Shown: positions 38,878 through 55,583 of the stretch, piece by piece
How positions within the stretch are numbered: position 1 is the first letter of the stretch
Layout: each line of letters begins with the position of its first letter
Source of the DNA: Eledone cirrhosa
Lineage: Eukaryota
Length of the DNA: 64,000 nt
Reading direction: 5' to 3'
Assembly (NCBI GenBank): GCA_964016885.1
Contig: OZ024742.1
Span: forward strand, 19,778,001 to 19,842,000
The notes under the pieces: generated by a model
What the model saw: the letters and a program-made list of their open reading frames with translations, nothing else
What the model was told of the DNA's origin: nothing
Database searches by the model: none
Position numbers and translations under genes: made by a program

Positions 38878-39239
38878 TTTCGCTCTACATGGCTGAATAC
38901 AATAAATGTAATCTGAGTTTTTCAAATATGAATAATTGTTTCTACATTTGGCACAAGGCCAGCAATTATCCCAGTGCATTACTGGTACTTTATTTTATCA
39001 ACCCCGTAAGGATGAAAGGCAAAGTTAACCTCAGCGGCATTTGAACTTAGAATGGAAAGGGCCGTAACTCTATGCGCCAAAGCATGGCGCCCGACCCTCT
39101 ACCGATACTGCCAATCCACCGCCCCAAATATTAATAATAACATTCGATTCGTTTGCATAATTACAAACGAATCGAATGTTATTATTAATATTCGCAAAAC
39201 GCAGATTACATTTATTGTATTCAGCCATGTAGAGCGAAA
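38878..39239. repeat. Palindrome (~80-bp arms) whose left arm is interrupted by a SINE
   Basis: 38878-38929 plus 39128-39156 pair with 39164-39239. Confidence 0.85.
38932..39124 (-). mobile_element. Type 1 SINE, full length
   Basis: TSD CAAATAT(G/T)AATAAT. Confidence 0.92.
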
Positions 39240-39269
39240 ACTTGTTTATATATATATATATATATATAT

Positions 39270-39458
39270 GAAAAAGTATGACCCGACGGCAGAGCTCAAG
39301 CCATTTCGACGGCTATTTCAGTCCAGAAATAGCCGTCGAAACGGCTTGAGCTCTGCCGTCGGGGTCATACTTTTTCCTATTTCCCACTCTACTACCTTAA
39401 GTATTGAGTACTCTGGTGCGTTATGGTCCATCTGGTTCCTTATCAGAATTCCTTCGTT
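39270..39458 (+). mobile_element. Fold-back H3 element with half-hammerhead
   Basis: Palindrome 39270-39376. The right arm reads GAAA-CGGC-ttgagctct-GCCG-TC-GGGGTC. (TA)n lies on both sides. Confidence 0.82.
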
Positions 39459-39589
39459 ATATATATATATAACCAAAGATTAATATGGTTCGTTGATTAA
39501 TCCTGGTTTGGCAACTGGTAGATAGTATTAGCAATTGGTCCGGGATCTTGTCGATCGACAGTTATTATATCATATTATATATACAGGGA

Positions 39590-39779
39590 CGGTGGATTGG
39601 CAGTATCGGTAGAGGGTCGGACGCCATGCTTTGACGCGTAGGTTTACGGCCCTTCCATTCTGAGTTCAAATCCTGTCGAGGTTAACTTTGCCTTTCATCC
39701 TTACGGGGTCGATAAAATAAAGTGCCAGTAATGCACTGGGATAATTGCTGGCCTTGTGCCAAAAGTAGAAACAATTATA
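39590..39779 (+). mobile_element. Type 1 SINE with 23-bp flanking duplication
   Basis: ATTATATATACAGGGACGGTGGA occurs at 39574 and 39774. Confidence 0.92.
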
Positions 39780-40366
39780 TATACAGGGACGGTGGAAGCA
39801 TTTCTGAATTGGGGGTAACAAATTTGGTTAATTTAGTTGTAGTGATTAGTTTAGCTCATTGTACTCTAAAATGGTCGGAAATCTTCGCTATGCGATAAAC
39901 ATAACATGTACATAAATTGTAGCGATATCCAAATAGATGTGTTTTGGTAGTTTGGGAAGAAACTACAAAAACACACACCACTACACGAAACTTTCTTCCA
40001 ATACACCTCTCTATATCAATTAACACCAAATTCTACCCCTCTCTGTATTTATCAATACATATCTCTATCAATTCTCGCACTCTATTCATTACCACCAACC
40101 TCCCTTCATCTGTACATCAACCATACAACACTCTCTCCCAATTCCCCTCTCTATATCAATTACCACTTGATATAGACGTGAATTACTTCGCTCCGGATTT
40201 TTACGGATTATTGTAAAAAAACTGTGAGTTCATTGCTCAATTTAATAGCATTGTTTAGTTTAACCCCTTGCCTGGGCCTTCAGACGTTGAGTCAACTAAT
40301 TTTCGTCCCTTTCTGGGGCGAAATTTTCATTTTCATCTCAAAACTGTGTAGACTTGGTAGTCATCA

Positions 40367-42141
40367 ATGGATGCCATTTCAACCTCGTACACTGTCGTGA
40401 GTGCCACGTTCACTAAGAAAAGTGGTGGAGGGAAGGTAGGAGTACAAAGCTTGCAGCCTTCCCCCCTCGCATTATCGAAAAACGTTGAAACCACGAAACC
40501 AAACCCGGTAAATAATACCAGCACCAACAACAAGAACAATGACAATAACACCACAATCAACAACTGCAACAATAGCAACACCAAGGAAAACATGAATAAT
40601 ATTACCAACAGTGACAACAACAGCAGCAACAAAAAAGACAACACCAAAACAGCGTTCGCACAGACTGTAAAAAAAAAACGAACTATACACGCCAATTGAC
40701 ATAACAAATGCAAAACAACTACTACAAGACGCAAAACAATTCGTGACTTTTGGCGAAAACGGTGCTTTAAGCATCAATTCTCCACAGGAATTACGTAGAG
40801 AGGCTGTCCTGAAAACTGTGGTTTTCAGGACAATATCGAACGAAACAAGAAAACCAGCTCAATTATCACAAAATGAAATTGAGCTGGTTCTAAAAGATGC
40901 AATGAAAGACATAACCTTCATACAAAAAGGTAAACTGTTTGGTAGCATTTCGGTGCTAATGAACAACCAGTCAACAGCACAAAAATACTCGGTATCACCC
41001 ATTGTGTCCCCCCCCCCCCACACGCTTCACCTTTTTCCCCACATACAGGGGAAAAAGGTCACAAAGAATAAAAATAATGAGTCTCACACCAAATGTAAAT
41101 ATTTGGTGGATACTATGTGGAATCATTGACTTTGATGAAGACAAGATAATTTCAATAGGAAAGTCCTCCGGGGGTGTATTTGGTGGGACCAACGTAGAAG
41201 TTCTGGTGCAAATGAGCCCAGAACGAATAGCGAATATCCCACAACGCGTGCCTCTGGACGGGCTAACTTATATAAACATTTCAGTGGAGGGAAGGCGGCC
41301 GTCATGTTAAGCAGGGGTCACCTGAGGCTGCCTGTCCTCAATTAACGAGTAAAAAAAAAAAGACTCTTCTGCCAACCCCGAACACAACACAACCACCACC
41401 ACCACCACCACAACAACAACAACAACAACAACAACCACAACAACACGGAAAAATAACAACACTGTTCCACCCAACCCCTCCCAACCTAAAACAAATACAA
41501 AAGCAACCACAACAAAACCCCAAAATATACCCCTCCCCAACAACACGGAAGCGGACTCCGTATCAACGTCACCCAGTGACGACGAGGGAGAACCCTTTCA
41601 ACAGGTGAAAAGGAAAAAAAAAAGGCACCGCATTAACAAAAATGCTACAAACACACAACCACCAGCACAAACAGAACAAACATCACAAAGAAAAAAACCC
41701 ACCCCTCCCCACAGCATAACATACTACAAAACGCAAACACGCACAAGAACAACAAACAAACAAAAACACAACACAACAAAAACTCTATACATACATTAAC
41801 AAGAACAATAAAACTTTGATGAAAGCAATAGAAAATAACCCTTCGGTGGAAACCGAAGGGATCACTTTCACCTAATGAACAAACCGCACCTAATGATGAT
41901 TAGGGTCCCAACGGAAACCTATGTAACTTTGAAAAAGAACCATCCAATGCATGTGGGGACCAACTGCACCAAACCACTTAACCACGTCCTATTGAGATGT
42001 TTCCCCACCCCCACACCAGACATCCACACCCCACTAAACACCCTAATCCCACCACACACTGATGCCCCCCCCCCCCCCAACAACCCTTCCAACACCCCCA
42101 TGGAAATTGTGCAGCCTGGTCCCCAGGAGACGAAGGGGTAA
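40367..42141 (+). pseudogene. Tx1 ORF1, frameshifted
   Basis: Fragments FGENGALSINSP, NETRKPAQL, TFFPTYRG and YINISVEGRRPSC match ORF1 of copy A. Confidence 0.9.
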
Positions 42142-42183
42142 GTAATTTCCTTTCCTCTTCCATTTTAACTCTTCAGCACCAAC

Positions 42184-45100
42184 ATGGCCAATATAAGAGT
42201 TGGATGTGTGAATGCACGCGGTCTGGGGATGTCCTGGAAACAGGGCAAACTCTTAAATGACCTCAGCTCGCACAGAGTGGATGTAATGGTTATTTGCGAG
42301 TCCAGGATCAGCAGCGAGCACCAACTGGCCCTCATCTTCGACGACTTTGAGATCTACGCATCTCTCTGTCAGCCGAGGGGTGGGGTTGTCGTTCTGCTGA
42401 GAAAATACCTGGGTCTTGCCACACAGAAGATACACCATGACTCGGAGGGTCGACTGGTGGTTTTAGACGTCGGCAGTGGTGAAGGTGGAGCTTTCAGGCT
42501 GGTGGCAGCGTATGCCCCATCTGGGACACTGCGACCGGACTTCTTCCGACGCCTGGAGAATTTCCTGGAAACGTCTCGCTCCTTGCTTTTAGTGGGGGAC
42601 TGGAATGGTATCCTGGATGCACGTTGGGACTATGTAGGGGCATGTCCCGATAGAGGGGGGTGTAACAGCCTCAAACGATTAATCGGCCGATTTTATCTGG
42701 CCGATAGATATCGACTAGATTTTCCGACTGTGCCACTGTGGACGTGGACTAATCTTAGCGGAACATCTAGGTCGTACCTTGATAGGTTCCTAGTTAGAAA
42801 TAAGGATAGGGACATATTAAGCTGTCCACGAATGTTCATGGTTGACTATTCGGATTACAAGTTGGTGACCGGAGTGGTCAACATTGATAGAACTCATAGA
42901 CAGGGACCCGGTTACTGAGCTAAACTTGTCTTTACCGACAAACAAAGCTTACAGTAAGCGGATTATCACACTAGTTAAGCAGCGTTTGACGGGGGCAATT
43001 GTCAACAGCAGGTGGTGGGGCTCTCTTAAGAGAGAAATTAGAATAGAATCGATAGGTTTTAGTCGGGAATTAGCAACAGATAGGAATAGAACTGAAAGGG
43101 AATTAACAAATAGAGTACAAGAGGCGATTAGGAGTGGCAACGTGGCCGGCGTGCTGGTGTCAAGAACGGCCCTAGACCAGTTCTTTGATGCGAAGCACGA
43201 GGGCTGCGTTGTCAGGAGTAAAATACGTGCTCTGAGTAACGAGGGAGCCAAAGCTGTTAGCTGGGCCCGAGTGACAGAGGCAAAAAGTAGAAACAAGTCC
43301 ACGATTCGGTCTTTGAAGGACCAGGATGGACGCGTGATCCTTGAACCTGGGCGGATGAGCGCAGCCTTTCAACGGCGCTTTGCACGACTGTTCGGGAGGG
43401 GCGGCGGGCCGGGTGGGGCCATGGATTTCGGTCCATACCTCGACGGTCTGGCGCAGCTCTCGGACGGGGAGGCGAAGTCCTGCGAGAGGCCGATTTCAGC
43501 CGCTTAAATAGGAGAAGCGCTGAGCCAATGCGGCAAACGCAAATCTCCGGGTCTCGATGGTCTACCATACGAACTTTATGTAGTGATGCCGGGCTTGTTC
43601 TCCGGTCTCCTCGAGGCAGTCTACTGCAACTGGCAACAGAACGGGAGAATTCCCAATTCTGTGACCAAGGGCGTAGTCACGCTGGTGAGGAAGGACGAGA
43701 ACAAGGGGGATGACATAGATAACTTCAGGCCCATAACTCTGCTAAACACAGAGTTAAAGATTTTGGCCAAGGTGTTAGCGAAGAGGTTGGCGCTTGTCGT
43801 CGGGAACCTGGTGGGAGAAGCGCAGACATGTGCTATCCCGTCCAGGTCCATCCACGACAACCTCCACCTCATGCGATACATCATAGAGAGGGTTGGGAAC
43901 GAACCCGGCTTTGGTGGGGCCCTGATCAACTTGGATCAATCTAAGGCGTTCGATAGGGTTGACCATCGGTACCTGGATGCGGTGTTAGCGGCGGCAGGCT
44001 TCGGACCCTTTTTCAGGGGCTCGATTGCTGCAATGCACAGCAGCAACACCTGCTCGAGGGTCAAGGTGAACGGCTACCTCTCGGAGCCGTTCCAAATCAC
44101 GCGATCCATCCGACAGGGATGCCATCTCTCCTCCCCCCTGTATGTGCTGGCTCTCGAGCCACTACTGCGGAAGCTGGAGCTGTTGCGGGGCATCCCCTTG
44201 GAACCGGGATTGCGAAAAGCGGTGTCGGCCTACGCCGATGACGTGACAGTAATGGTGTCGTGCGCCTCGGAAATCGGACATATCGGCACCTTACTGGAGG
44301 AATATGAAAGGTTCACAGGAGCCAAGCTTAACCGGGACAAGTCCGTCGGTTTGCAACTCGGGACGTGCAGAGGCAAAACGATGCCCTCCCACGGCATCGT
44401 CGGACGCTGGACGGAGGGACCGGTGAATCTGCTCGGGGTCTGGTTCGGACCGGACCTCCAGGTGGAGAAAAACTGGGACGAGGTAACGGGCAAGGTGTTT
44501 GCACTCGCCCAGAAGTGGGCCGAGTGCAAACTATCCCTGAAAGGTCGAGCGGAGGTGGCGAACGCTTATATAACGTCCGTCATCTACTACCGCTTGACCG
44601 TCGTGCCTTGCCCAGAGAAAACACTCGCCAAAATGGAGCGCGCGCTCTTCCGATTTCTTTGGAAGAAGCGGGCTCCTTTGGTGAGAAGACCCATCTGCTG
44701 TCAACACCCTTCGAACGGAGGGCTGGGGATGCCGTGGCTGACGAGGCGTAGACACGCATTAAGGCTACAGCACCTCCAGGTATTCCTCACCGGTCAGCCG
44801 GTGTGGGCCCTGTTTGTGAGGCGAGCCTTTCCGACACTCGTTTCACTCACCGAGCTGCAATCCTGAGTCAAGCAAAGACCGAGAAAAGTGGGCGACTGGC
44901 ACATTGAATGTGCCCAGGCGCTCACGGCCCTCTGGCAAGCGGATCCGGCAATCAGTGGAGACTCAACCTCAACATTCTATAGAGGGTTGGCGCGCAGTAA
45001 GTGCGACGACGCTCTCGGAGAGGCTCTGGGCATGGAGGAAGATGAGCAGGCCAGTCTGTTCGGTAGGACGTTTGGCCCGGGACCGATTGACAACTTCCAA

Positions 45101-45613
45101 AAGTCCCTGGCTTGGCAATGTTACTGAGAAGCTCTACCCGTTCGGGACAAGCTCTACAGACACGGGTTCCCGGGTAGGGATCCCTCGAAGAAGATCTGTC
45201 CGAGATGCGTGCGTGACGAGGAAACCGTCGCACACGCATTCGTACACGGCCCTGGCGTTGCTGACCTGTGGGGCTATGTGGAACGACTACTGTCGCGGGT
45301 GGGACCAATCCGGTTGACCACCGAGAACATTGTCACGATCAAACCACCTCCCCCTTTCAAAAACGAAGGAGAGGCGGTTTTCCTCTGTGTGATAGCTATG
45401 GCGAAAGAAGTTGTATGGTGGACAAGGTTGAAAGGGCTGAGGTCAGACACCTTTCTCTCCGGCCAACAACTGGTCTTTTTTTTCAAGTACCACTTTAGAA
45501 GAAGGATCAGAATGGAGAGAGAGGTGCTCTACCCCAGCAAGTTTTATGAAAGATGGGTGAAAGTAGCGAGAATGGCCCGAGTGAATGGGCCTTCTCTCTA
45601 TATCAGCCTGTAG
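42184..45613 (+). pseudogene. Tx1 ORF2 (APE-RT-CCHC) with several stops and a frameshift
   Basis: ORFs 42184-42918, 42884-43507, 43583-44866, 44888-45127 and 45209-45613 are colinear with copy A. AYADD is present. Confidence 0.95.
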
Positions 45614-46350
45614 GTGAGAGAGGAGAAGAATGAGAAGAGGAAGGAAGCACCCGCTCTTTGTGCTCCTGAAGAGGAGGGTTGCACATTTTTTCGGGGGTGT
45701 GCGCGACCCATATCACCGCCTCTCCCCATTGAGGACATCGATTGTTAAATTTAATTTGTTATATGTTTTTTACACGTCTTTTTAAATGTATGTAAACTCC
45801 CCCCTTTGTATTTGTCCCAATCTTTGATGACCTGGTGGCAAATAAATAGAAATTTATATCTACTGCATGGAACTCTCTCCTAACCTCCCTCTCTATATCA
45901 ATTAACACAAACTCTCCCTCTCTCTATATCTACGTGCGGAACTCTCTTCCAATACCCCTCTCTATATCAATTACCACCAAACTCTCCTCTTCTCTATATC
46001 TATATATATCTCTCCTATCTATCTCTACATACCATGTACATAGATTGTAACGCATATACAAATAGATGTGTTTTGGTAGTTTGGGGAGACAAATATAAAT
46101 TTTCGGGATGGCGGCCTCGCGTTGGGAATCACTCACACACACCTTATATTGTGTATACTATTTACTATATATGTATGTTATGTAAGGGTGTTCGCCAGCG
46201 CTACTGGTAAAATGTAACCCAATACTGTCATTTGGTCGGGTCGTTGGTATTGTTGCGGTTCATAGGCCAGCGACAAGCATTGCACCGGTCATTCTACATC
46301 ATGCTACTCCGTACTCAAGCATTCCTCCCGATTTTTTTTCGGGGACCGAG

Positions 46351-46646
46351 CAGGGTTAGATTTAGACCTTGAGGGGCCCAGGGCACTTCAGGGGGCTCAT
46401 ATACAAAAATTTAGAATACACAGCAAACCCCCCAATTTTACATATCAAAGTTAGCTTGCCACAAGTAATTAGAATTGAAAAGTTATACATACAGGTATTA
46501 AATTCAAAAATACTAACCATCCTAAAACTAAAACCCCAGCTGAGGGGATAAATAAAATTCTACGGCCGTCGCTGGTGCCCCCAGCCCCGTGCAATCAGGG
46601 GATCGGGGCGATTGCTACCTTTGCCTCTCCATTAAATCTGGCCCTG
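46351..46646. mobile_element. hAT-like MITE with 8-bp TSD
   Basis: TIRs CAGGGTTAGATTTA / TAAATCTGGCCCTG. TSD GGACCGAG / GGATCGAG. Confidence 0.85.
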
Positions 46647-47153
46647 GGATCGAGGACAGTGGAGGTGTGGATGGTGTTCGGTTCGAAAAGGAAGCAATCA
46701 GTCAAGGTCTGACAAATGTTTGGCCAAACCCGGGCATTGATGCTGTCTGTAAGAAGGAAGAGAAGAAGATAAGCCTTAAAAGGGGATATGACTGAGGAAG
46801 AGAGGAAGATAAGCTTTAATAGGGGACATGACTGACCACTTCCTTTACGAACCAGTCGCCGTCAAGATCTTTGGTGCCCTCAAAACCCGAAATACCGTTT
46901 TCCTCCGCAAAATTGAGAGGAATACGTTATGCCTGATGAAAGAAACCCAGTGAGACGGAGTGGCTGATGGGGCGGGTATCACTGGCTGTTCTTCTTGGCA
47001 TTGATAACGTCATTTTTTCCGGGGAGTGTAGCTGAGATATATTGTCTTAGACTGCACGCTAGTGTTTGCCGTTCTCTTCTTTCTCTCACTTAGTTTCCTT
47101 ATTGCTCCACTAGAACATTCTGCTGACCAATTCTACACAACGACTATATCATT

Positions 47154-47335
47154 ATGGATTGGCAGTATCGGTAGAGTGTCGGACGCCATGCTTAGCAGCA
47201 AAGAGTTACGGCCCTTTATGGTCTGAGTTCAAATCCCGCCGAGGTTAACTTTGCCTTTCATCCTTACGGGGTCGATAAAATAAAGTACCAGTAATACACA
47301 GAGATAATTGCTGGCCTTGTGCCAAAAGTAGAAAC

Positions 47336-47340
<5 letters not shown>
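47154..47340 (+). mobile_element. Type 1 SINE
   Basis: A/B boxes and central domain are present. Confidence 0.92.
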
Positions 47341-47379
<39 letters not shown>

Positions 47380-47381
<2 letters not shown>

Positions 47382-47731
47382 TACACCTGGCATTCACGGT
47401 CCCGGTTATTTGCGGAGTTTTCCTTAGAACCTAACTAATAATTGTTCATGAAAACCACCACATATTCGCGGAATCGGAAATATCTTCCGCGATTTTTTTA
47501 ATGACTTTTTTCGTGGCAATATATAATATTGTTTAACGATAAATTATTAATAACAATATACCGTATTTGCCGGCCTATTAGACGCCCCTTCGCATAAGAC
47601 GCTCTTTTTAATTATATTTTAAGCTATATTTTAGCGTTTATACCATTTTTATAGACTACGTCAAATATTCGCTGATTTTCACTCTTCGCGGGTGCTCTAG
47701 GAACTTAATCCTTGCGAACACCGGGGGACTA

Positions 47732-47736
<5 letters not shown>
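47380..47736. mobile_element. Possible pogo/Tigger-like MITE remnants
   Basis: End motifs GGGGACTACTG-TA (47723-47736) and TA-CCGTATTTGCCGGCCTATTAGACG (47559). Partner TIRs are unclear. Confidence 0.35.
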
Positions 47737-47769
<33 letters not shown>

Positions 47770-47786
47770 GTCTGTGTGTGTGAGAG

Positions 47787-47826
<40 letters not shown>

Positions 47827-48387
47827 CTTTGGAGAAGCAGATATCACCCATTGCTCCATCTCCCCTAGTAGTTTACCGACTCCGGGGTAGATCCCGAGTA
47901 AGGTGGTTGGATAACATCCATGAGCTTCATTTGTAACGCTTGGGGATCCAGCCAGATCAGTTGAAGATGGTTGCTTCTGACTGAACCCGCTGGAACGAGT
48001 GTTTAAGGACTCTGCCCTCACGACCCTCTCGGGAATAAGTGGGCGAAGAAGAAAATATATATCTGTGTATGTGTGTGTATGTATATATGTATCTCTCTCT
48101 CTTTATATATATATATATATATATATATACATCGTCTATCATTTTATACACGCTATCTTACAAGTATATTGTAGCCTACTTCCCCACCACCACCACCACC
48201 CCTTCACTCTCACTGCTCGAAAGCAACATCTACTACACACTTCATGACCTAAGCTATTTATATACATCCGTTACAGCTAACCAGATTGTTTATATATAGC
48301 GGTGAAAAGACGACCAATTATATATCAATTAAACATGTGGTTTATCTATCTAAAAATACTCTCTTTCCATAACGGTACACACAATAG

Positions 48388-48463
<76 letters not shown>

Positions 48464-48992
48464 CAAGCACCAATTCATATAATATATATATCCATATACA
48501 CAAGATCAGTGCTGTCAGGAGGTGTCAAGGTGACAAGGGTGACAGGGTGACAAGGGTGCCAACCATTGTGTTTATCAGCGGCCATACATATTAATAAATA
48601 TCAGATTACTTAGAACACAATTCTATGCTACGACAAAGATGAAGGCCACAGCATCCGTAACCGAACAGAATGAAATTATTATTCTTATGTAATGTTAACC
48701 TTGGAATATATTTAAGTATTTTGAACTTAAATAATAATAGAAGTTTTTAAAATAATCATAAAATATCTGGAAAATAGCAGCCCGCCTGAGGAAGGAGCTC
48801 CGTGATGTGAAGTGGCAGTTGCAGCTAAGGTTGGATATAGTCCTTGGGAGGGAAGGGGGCACTTCAGGTTGGGGGGGGGGGGGACTCGTACCCTTAAAAT
48901 TAGAACACAGCAATCCCCCAATTTAACGTATCAAAGTTAGCTTTAAATAAGATATTTTGTATTGCAATAAATATATCATAGCTTTTTCAAAG

Positions 48993-49087
<95 letters not shown>

Positions 49088-49534
49088 CATACATATATAT
49101 ACACATACATACATATATATATATATATACACATACATACATATATATATATATATATACACATACATACATATATATATATATATATACACATACATAC
49201 ATACATATATATATATACACATACATATATATATATACACATACATATATATATATACACATACATACATACATATATATATATACACATACATACATAT
49301 ATATACACATACATACATACATATATATATATACACATACATACATACATATATATATATACACATACATACATACATATATATATACACATACATACAT
49401 ACATATATATACACATACATACATACATATATATATACACATACATACATACATACATATATATACACATACATACATACATATATATATATACACATAC
49501 ATACATACATATATACACATACATACATACATAC

Positions 49535-49587
<53 letters not shown>

Positions 49588-49600
49588 CACATACATACAT
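48993..49600. repeat. (TA)/(TACA) compound microsatellite
   Basis: Seen directly. Confidence 0.95.
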
Positions 49601-49928
49601 TAGAATTACTCAGTTACAAAAACCATGTTTAACGCATTAAACCAACGCCCACTGCACGTAAAATCACTCACCGAAATACTTGACACTAACCAAATAATAA
49701 TTATAACCTAAACTTATAAGGTTCCCCACCCCACAAAAAAGACAATAACACTAATAAAATTAAAATTGAAACTAACCAATTATATTGGTAATAAGAGCAG
49801 GAGTTATGTATGTAAAGCCACAATCACGCCCAATGTCTAGTTTCTGTCGAGTTGCGGTTACCACAGAAATTAGCACCAATAATAGTCTACAGAGCGTTAT
49901 TTATTCATATTAACTACTACTACTACTG

Positions 49929-49980
<52 letters not shown>

Positions 49981-50175
49981 CACATGGGTAAATATTCTAT
50001 AGCGGTTGATCGCCAATAAATTGCTCTCGTTTATTTATCTACTATTTCTTCATAGATGCCTTTTAATCTTATAGCCTGGTTTAATTGTTTTTTTTTGTGT
50101 GGTTGATTATGCTAATTGGGAGAGGAAATGGTGTATATATATTATCAAATGATTCTATGGACATACTTTCTAGTA

Positions 50176-50223
<48 letters not shown>

Positions 50224-50815
50224 GTGTGTGTGTGTGTGTTTGTGGGTGTGTGGATGTTCTTTCTTAATTTATGGAGTTATTAATTTAGGTTTTGTTTAAT
50301 TTATAGATTTTTCTAATTTATATATAAGTTAATTGATTGTTTTGTATTGGTTGCCTTGGTGACATCAGTCAGGTATGATTGGTGTGTGATTATTGGTCTA
50401 ATTATTAACACAATTGTGAAGTCACGTGGCTTAGTGGTTAGGATGTTAGGCTCATCATCGTATGTTCATAAATGGCAGATGTCAGCAAATTAAATTCAGA
50501 GAATCAACTATACTTCACATATCCCTGCGCCAGTTTCATAACCAAAACGTCTAACTTCCGGAAAATACGAATAATCATCATCATCATCATCATATATAAA
50601 TATATGCATGTTTGTGTGTGTATATATATATATATATATGGTTATGTGTTTATACACACTCACACACACATATGGCATAGCTACGGCTCTCTAAATATTT
50701 ATTTTAAACATACCGTATTTCTTCTGAAATACGAAATTCCAATACATATCTGTATACAACTATGCCTGAAGCTAAATTGTAATATTATATATATGTATAT
50801 ATATATATATATATG

Positions 50816-51897
<1,082 letters not shown>

Positions 51898-52032
51898 GTA
51901 TATATATATATTTGAGGGCGGCCAACCGGACTGGCATATGCTAATTTTTTTACCGCCTTCTCGTCTTGGGCATCTCTCTGCCTTTTCAACCCATCGGATT
52001 GTGTCTATTATATTCCTTTGTTAAATTTCGGA

Positions 52033-52090
52033 ATACCTGATGATGTCACCGAATTCATACTGAAGCCGGTCACTGAAATGTTCATAGTAT
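52033..52090 (+). ncRNA. Type I hammerhead ribozyme (family H5)
   Basis: ATAC-CTGATGA-tgtcACCG...CGGTcact-GAAA-TGTTCA-TA-GTAT, in a ~225-bp island (51912-52135) between TA tracts. Confidence 0.75.
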
Positions 52091-52168
52091 AATAAACCTT
52101 TAAGGAATTACACCAGTCCGGCTTCCTGTTATTTTATAATTATATATGTATATATAGAATATACGCGT

Positions 52169-52250
<82 letters not shown>

Positions 52251-52684
52251 GTGTACGCGTATATTCTATATTCTATTTGCAACCAATGATTCCGTGTCCT
52301 AACAAAGTAACATATCTCCAGACGAATGTCCATATATTTATATACACATTGCTCATGAAACCTTTGGTAGCAAACAGAATATATTGAGGACGAATAATAT
52401 ATTATTTCTGTTTATATAGAAAACCGTCTTTCTTCTTGTTGATATTTTCACTACATACACAGACACACATATGCACACACATGTACACAGACACACATAT
52501 ACACAAACACACATATACACATACATGTACACAGACACATATATACACACACATGTACACAAACACACATATACACAGACACACATGTACATAGACACAC
52601 ATGTGTAGGTGTATGTATATATACATGTATATATATATATGTGTATATATATACATGTGTGTATATATACATTACATATGTTAC

Positions 52685-53292
52685 ATGGTGGCTGTCAACT
52701 CGTTTTCGAGTACGGCCACTACTTTATATCCATGTAGGAGAACCCCTACCGATGGGCTGAACGAGTGTGACTCTTTAGTCCAGCTAGCGACTTGAAAACT
52801 CTGGTACAAACATGACACTTGTGACAATTACTGACATATAGTGCTGGGCCCATGGTACCATGTGACGACAAGTGCAGAGAGATCTCCAGATATAAAGCAA
52901 TGCCTGTGCCGTGAAGATTTTATAGTGAGCAAAGGCACTGCACAAAGCCAGTCCAACTCTCTTAACCAAGATGATATTTACCAAAAAGAAGAACAAGTCA
53001 ACATCATTGGATACCATCAGGGTTGCAGGTGTTATATCAGAGTTTTCCTTCTCCTAGAATTCTGCCTTGACAAAGGCTAAGGGGTCATCTCTCCTGGTGA
53101 TTTTGGATGGGCATTGACTCTTAAGAGCTCCTTTGCCCTTTAACAGGTTTTGCTTTTAGTCCTGCAGGATGTCCAAATTCACCCTCCTCACCAAGAAACC
53201 TTGGTGGGGTTGCCAGTTTAGTCGCCAATGACCCGACCATGAGACATGTTTTACTGAGATATATGTTACCAGTAGCACCAACTGGTGACCTG
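52685..53292 (-). mobile_element. Probable RTE-type retrotransposon 5' region
   Basis: GTTTTCCTTCTCCTAG...AAAGGCTAAG resembles the reverse complement of RTE/RTE-X 5' UTRs (from recall only). It sits between microsatellites. Confidence 0.4.
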
Positions 53293-53912
<620 letters not shown>

Positions 53913-54011
53913 ACAGCGATGTCCTTCACAATATTTCCAATATTGACTGCTGTTTATCTTCTACTGTCTTGTCTTATTTTAGTTTGGACTATTTTAGTCT
54001 GTCAACTTTAA

Positions 54012-55383
<1,372 letters not shown>

Positions 55384-55484
55384 AGAGTGTTGTTGATGTT
55401 TTCCTTTTAGGTTTTCTTATCAGTGAGAGTTGACATTCACAACTACAACCTAAACACAACACACCATTACAGCCTGTTGTAGTG

Positions 55485-55583
<99 letters not shown>

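Larger units (their letters stand above)
40169..45853 (+). mobile_element. Full-length Tx1-clade retrotransposon, copy B (different subfamily, disrupted)
   Basis: Same organisation as copy A, with similar 5' (TAGACGTG) and 3' (GTGGCAAATAAA..GAAAT) ends. Confidence 0.95.

Noticed and set aside
46930-46965. CTGATGA-AA-GAAA hammerhead-like string
   Set aside because: Helices I and III do not close properly.
48923-49640. YI/CV/HT-repeat ORFs here and throughout the window
   Set aside because: They are translations of dinucleotide microsatellites.
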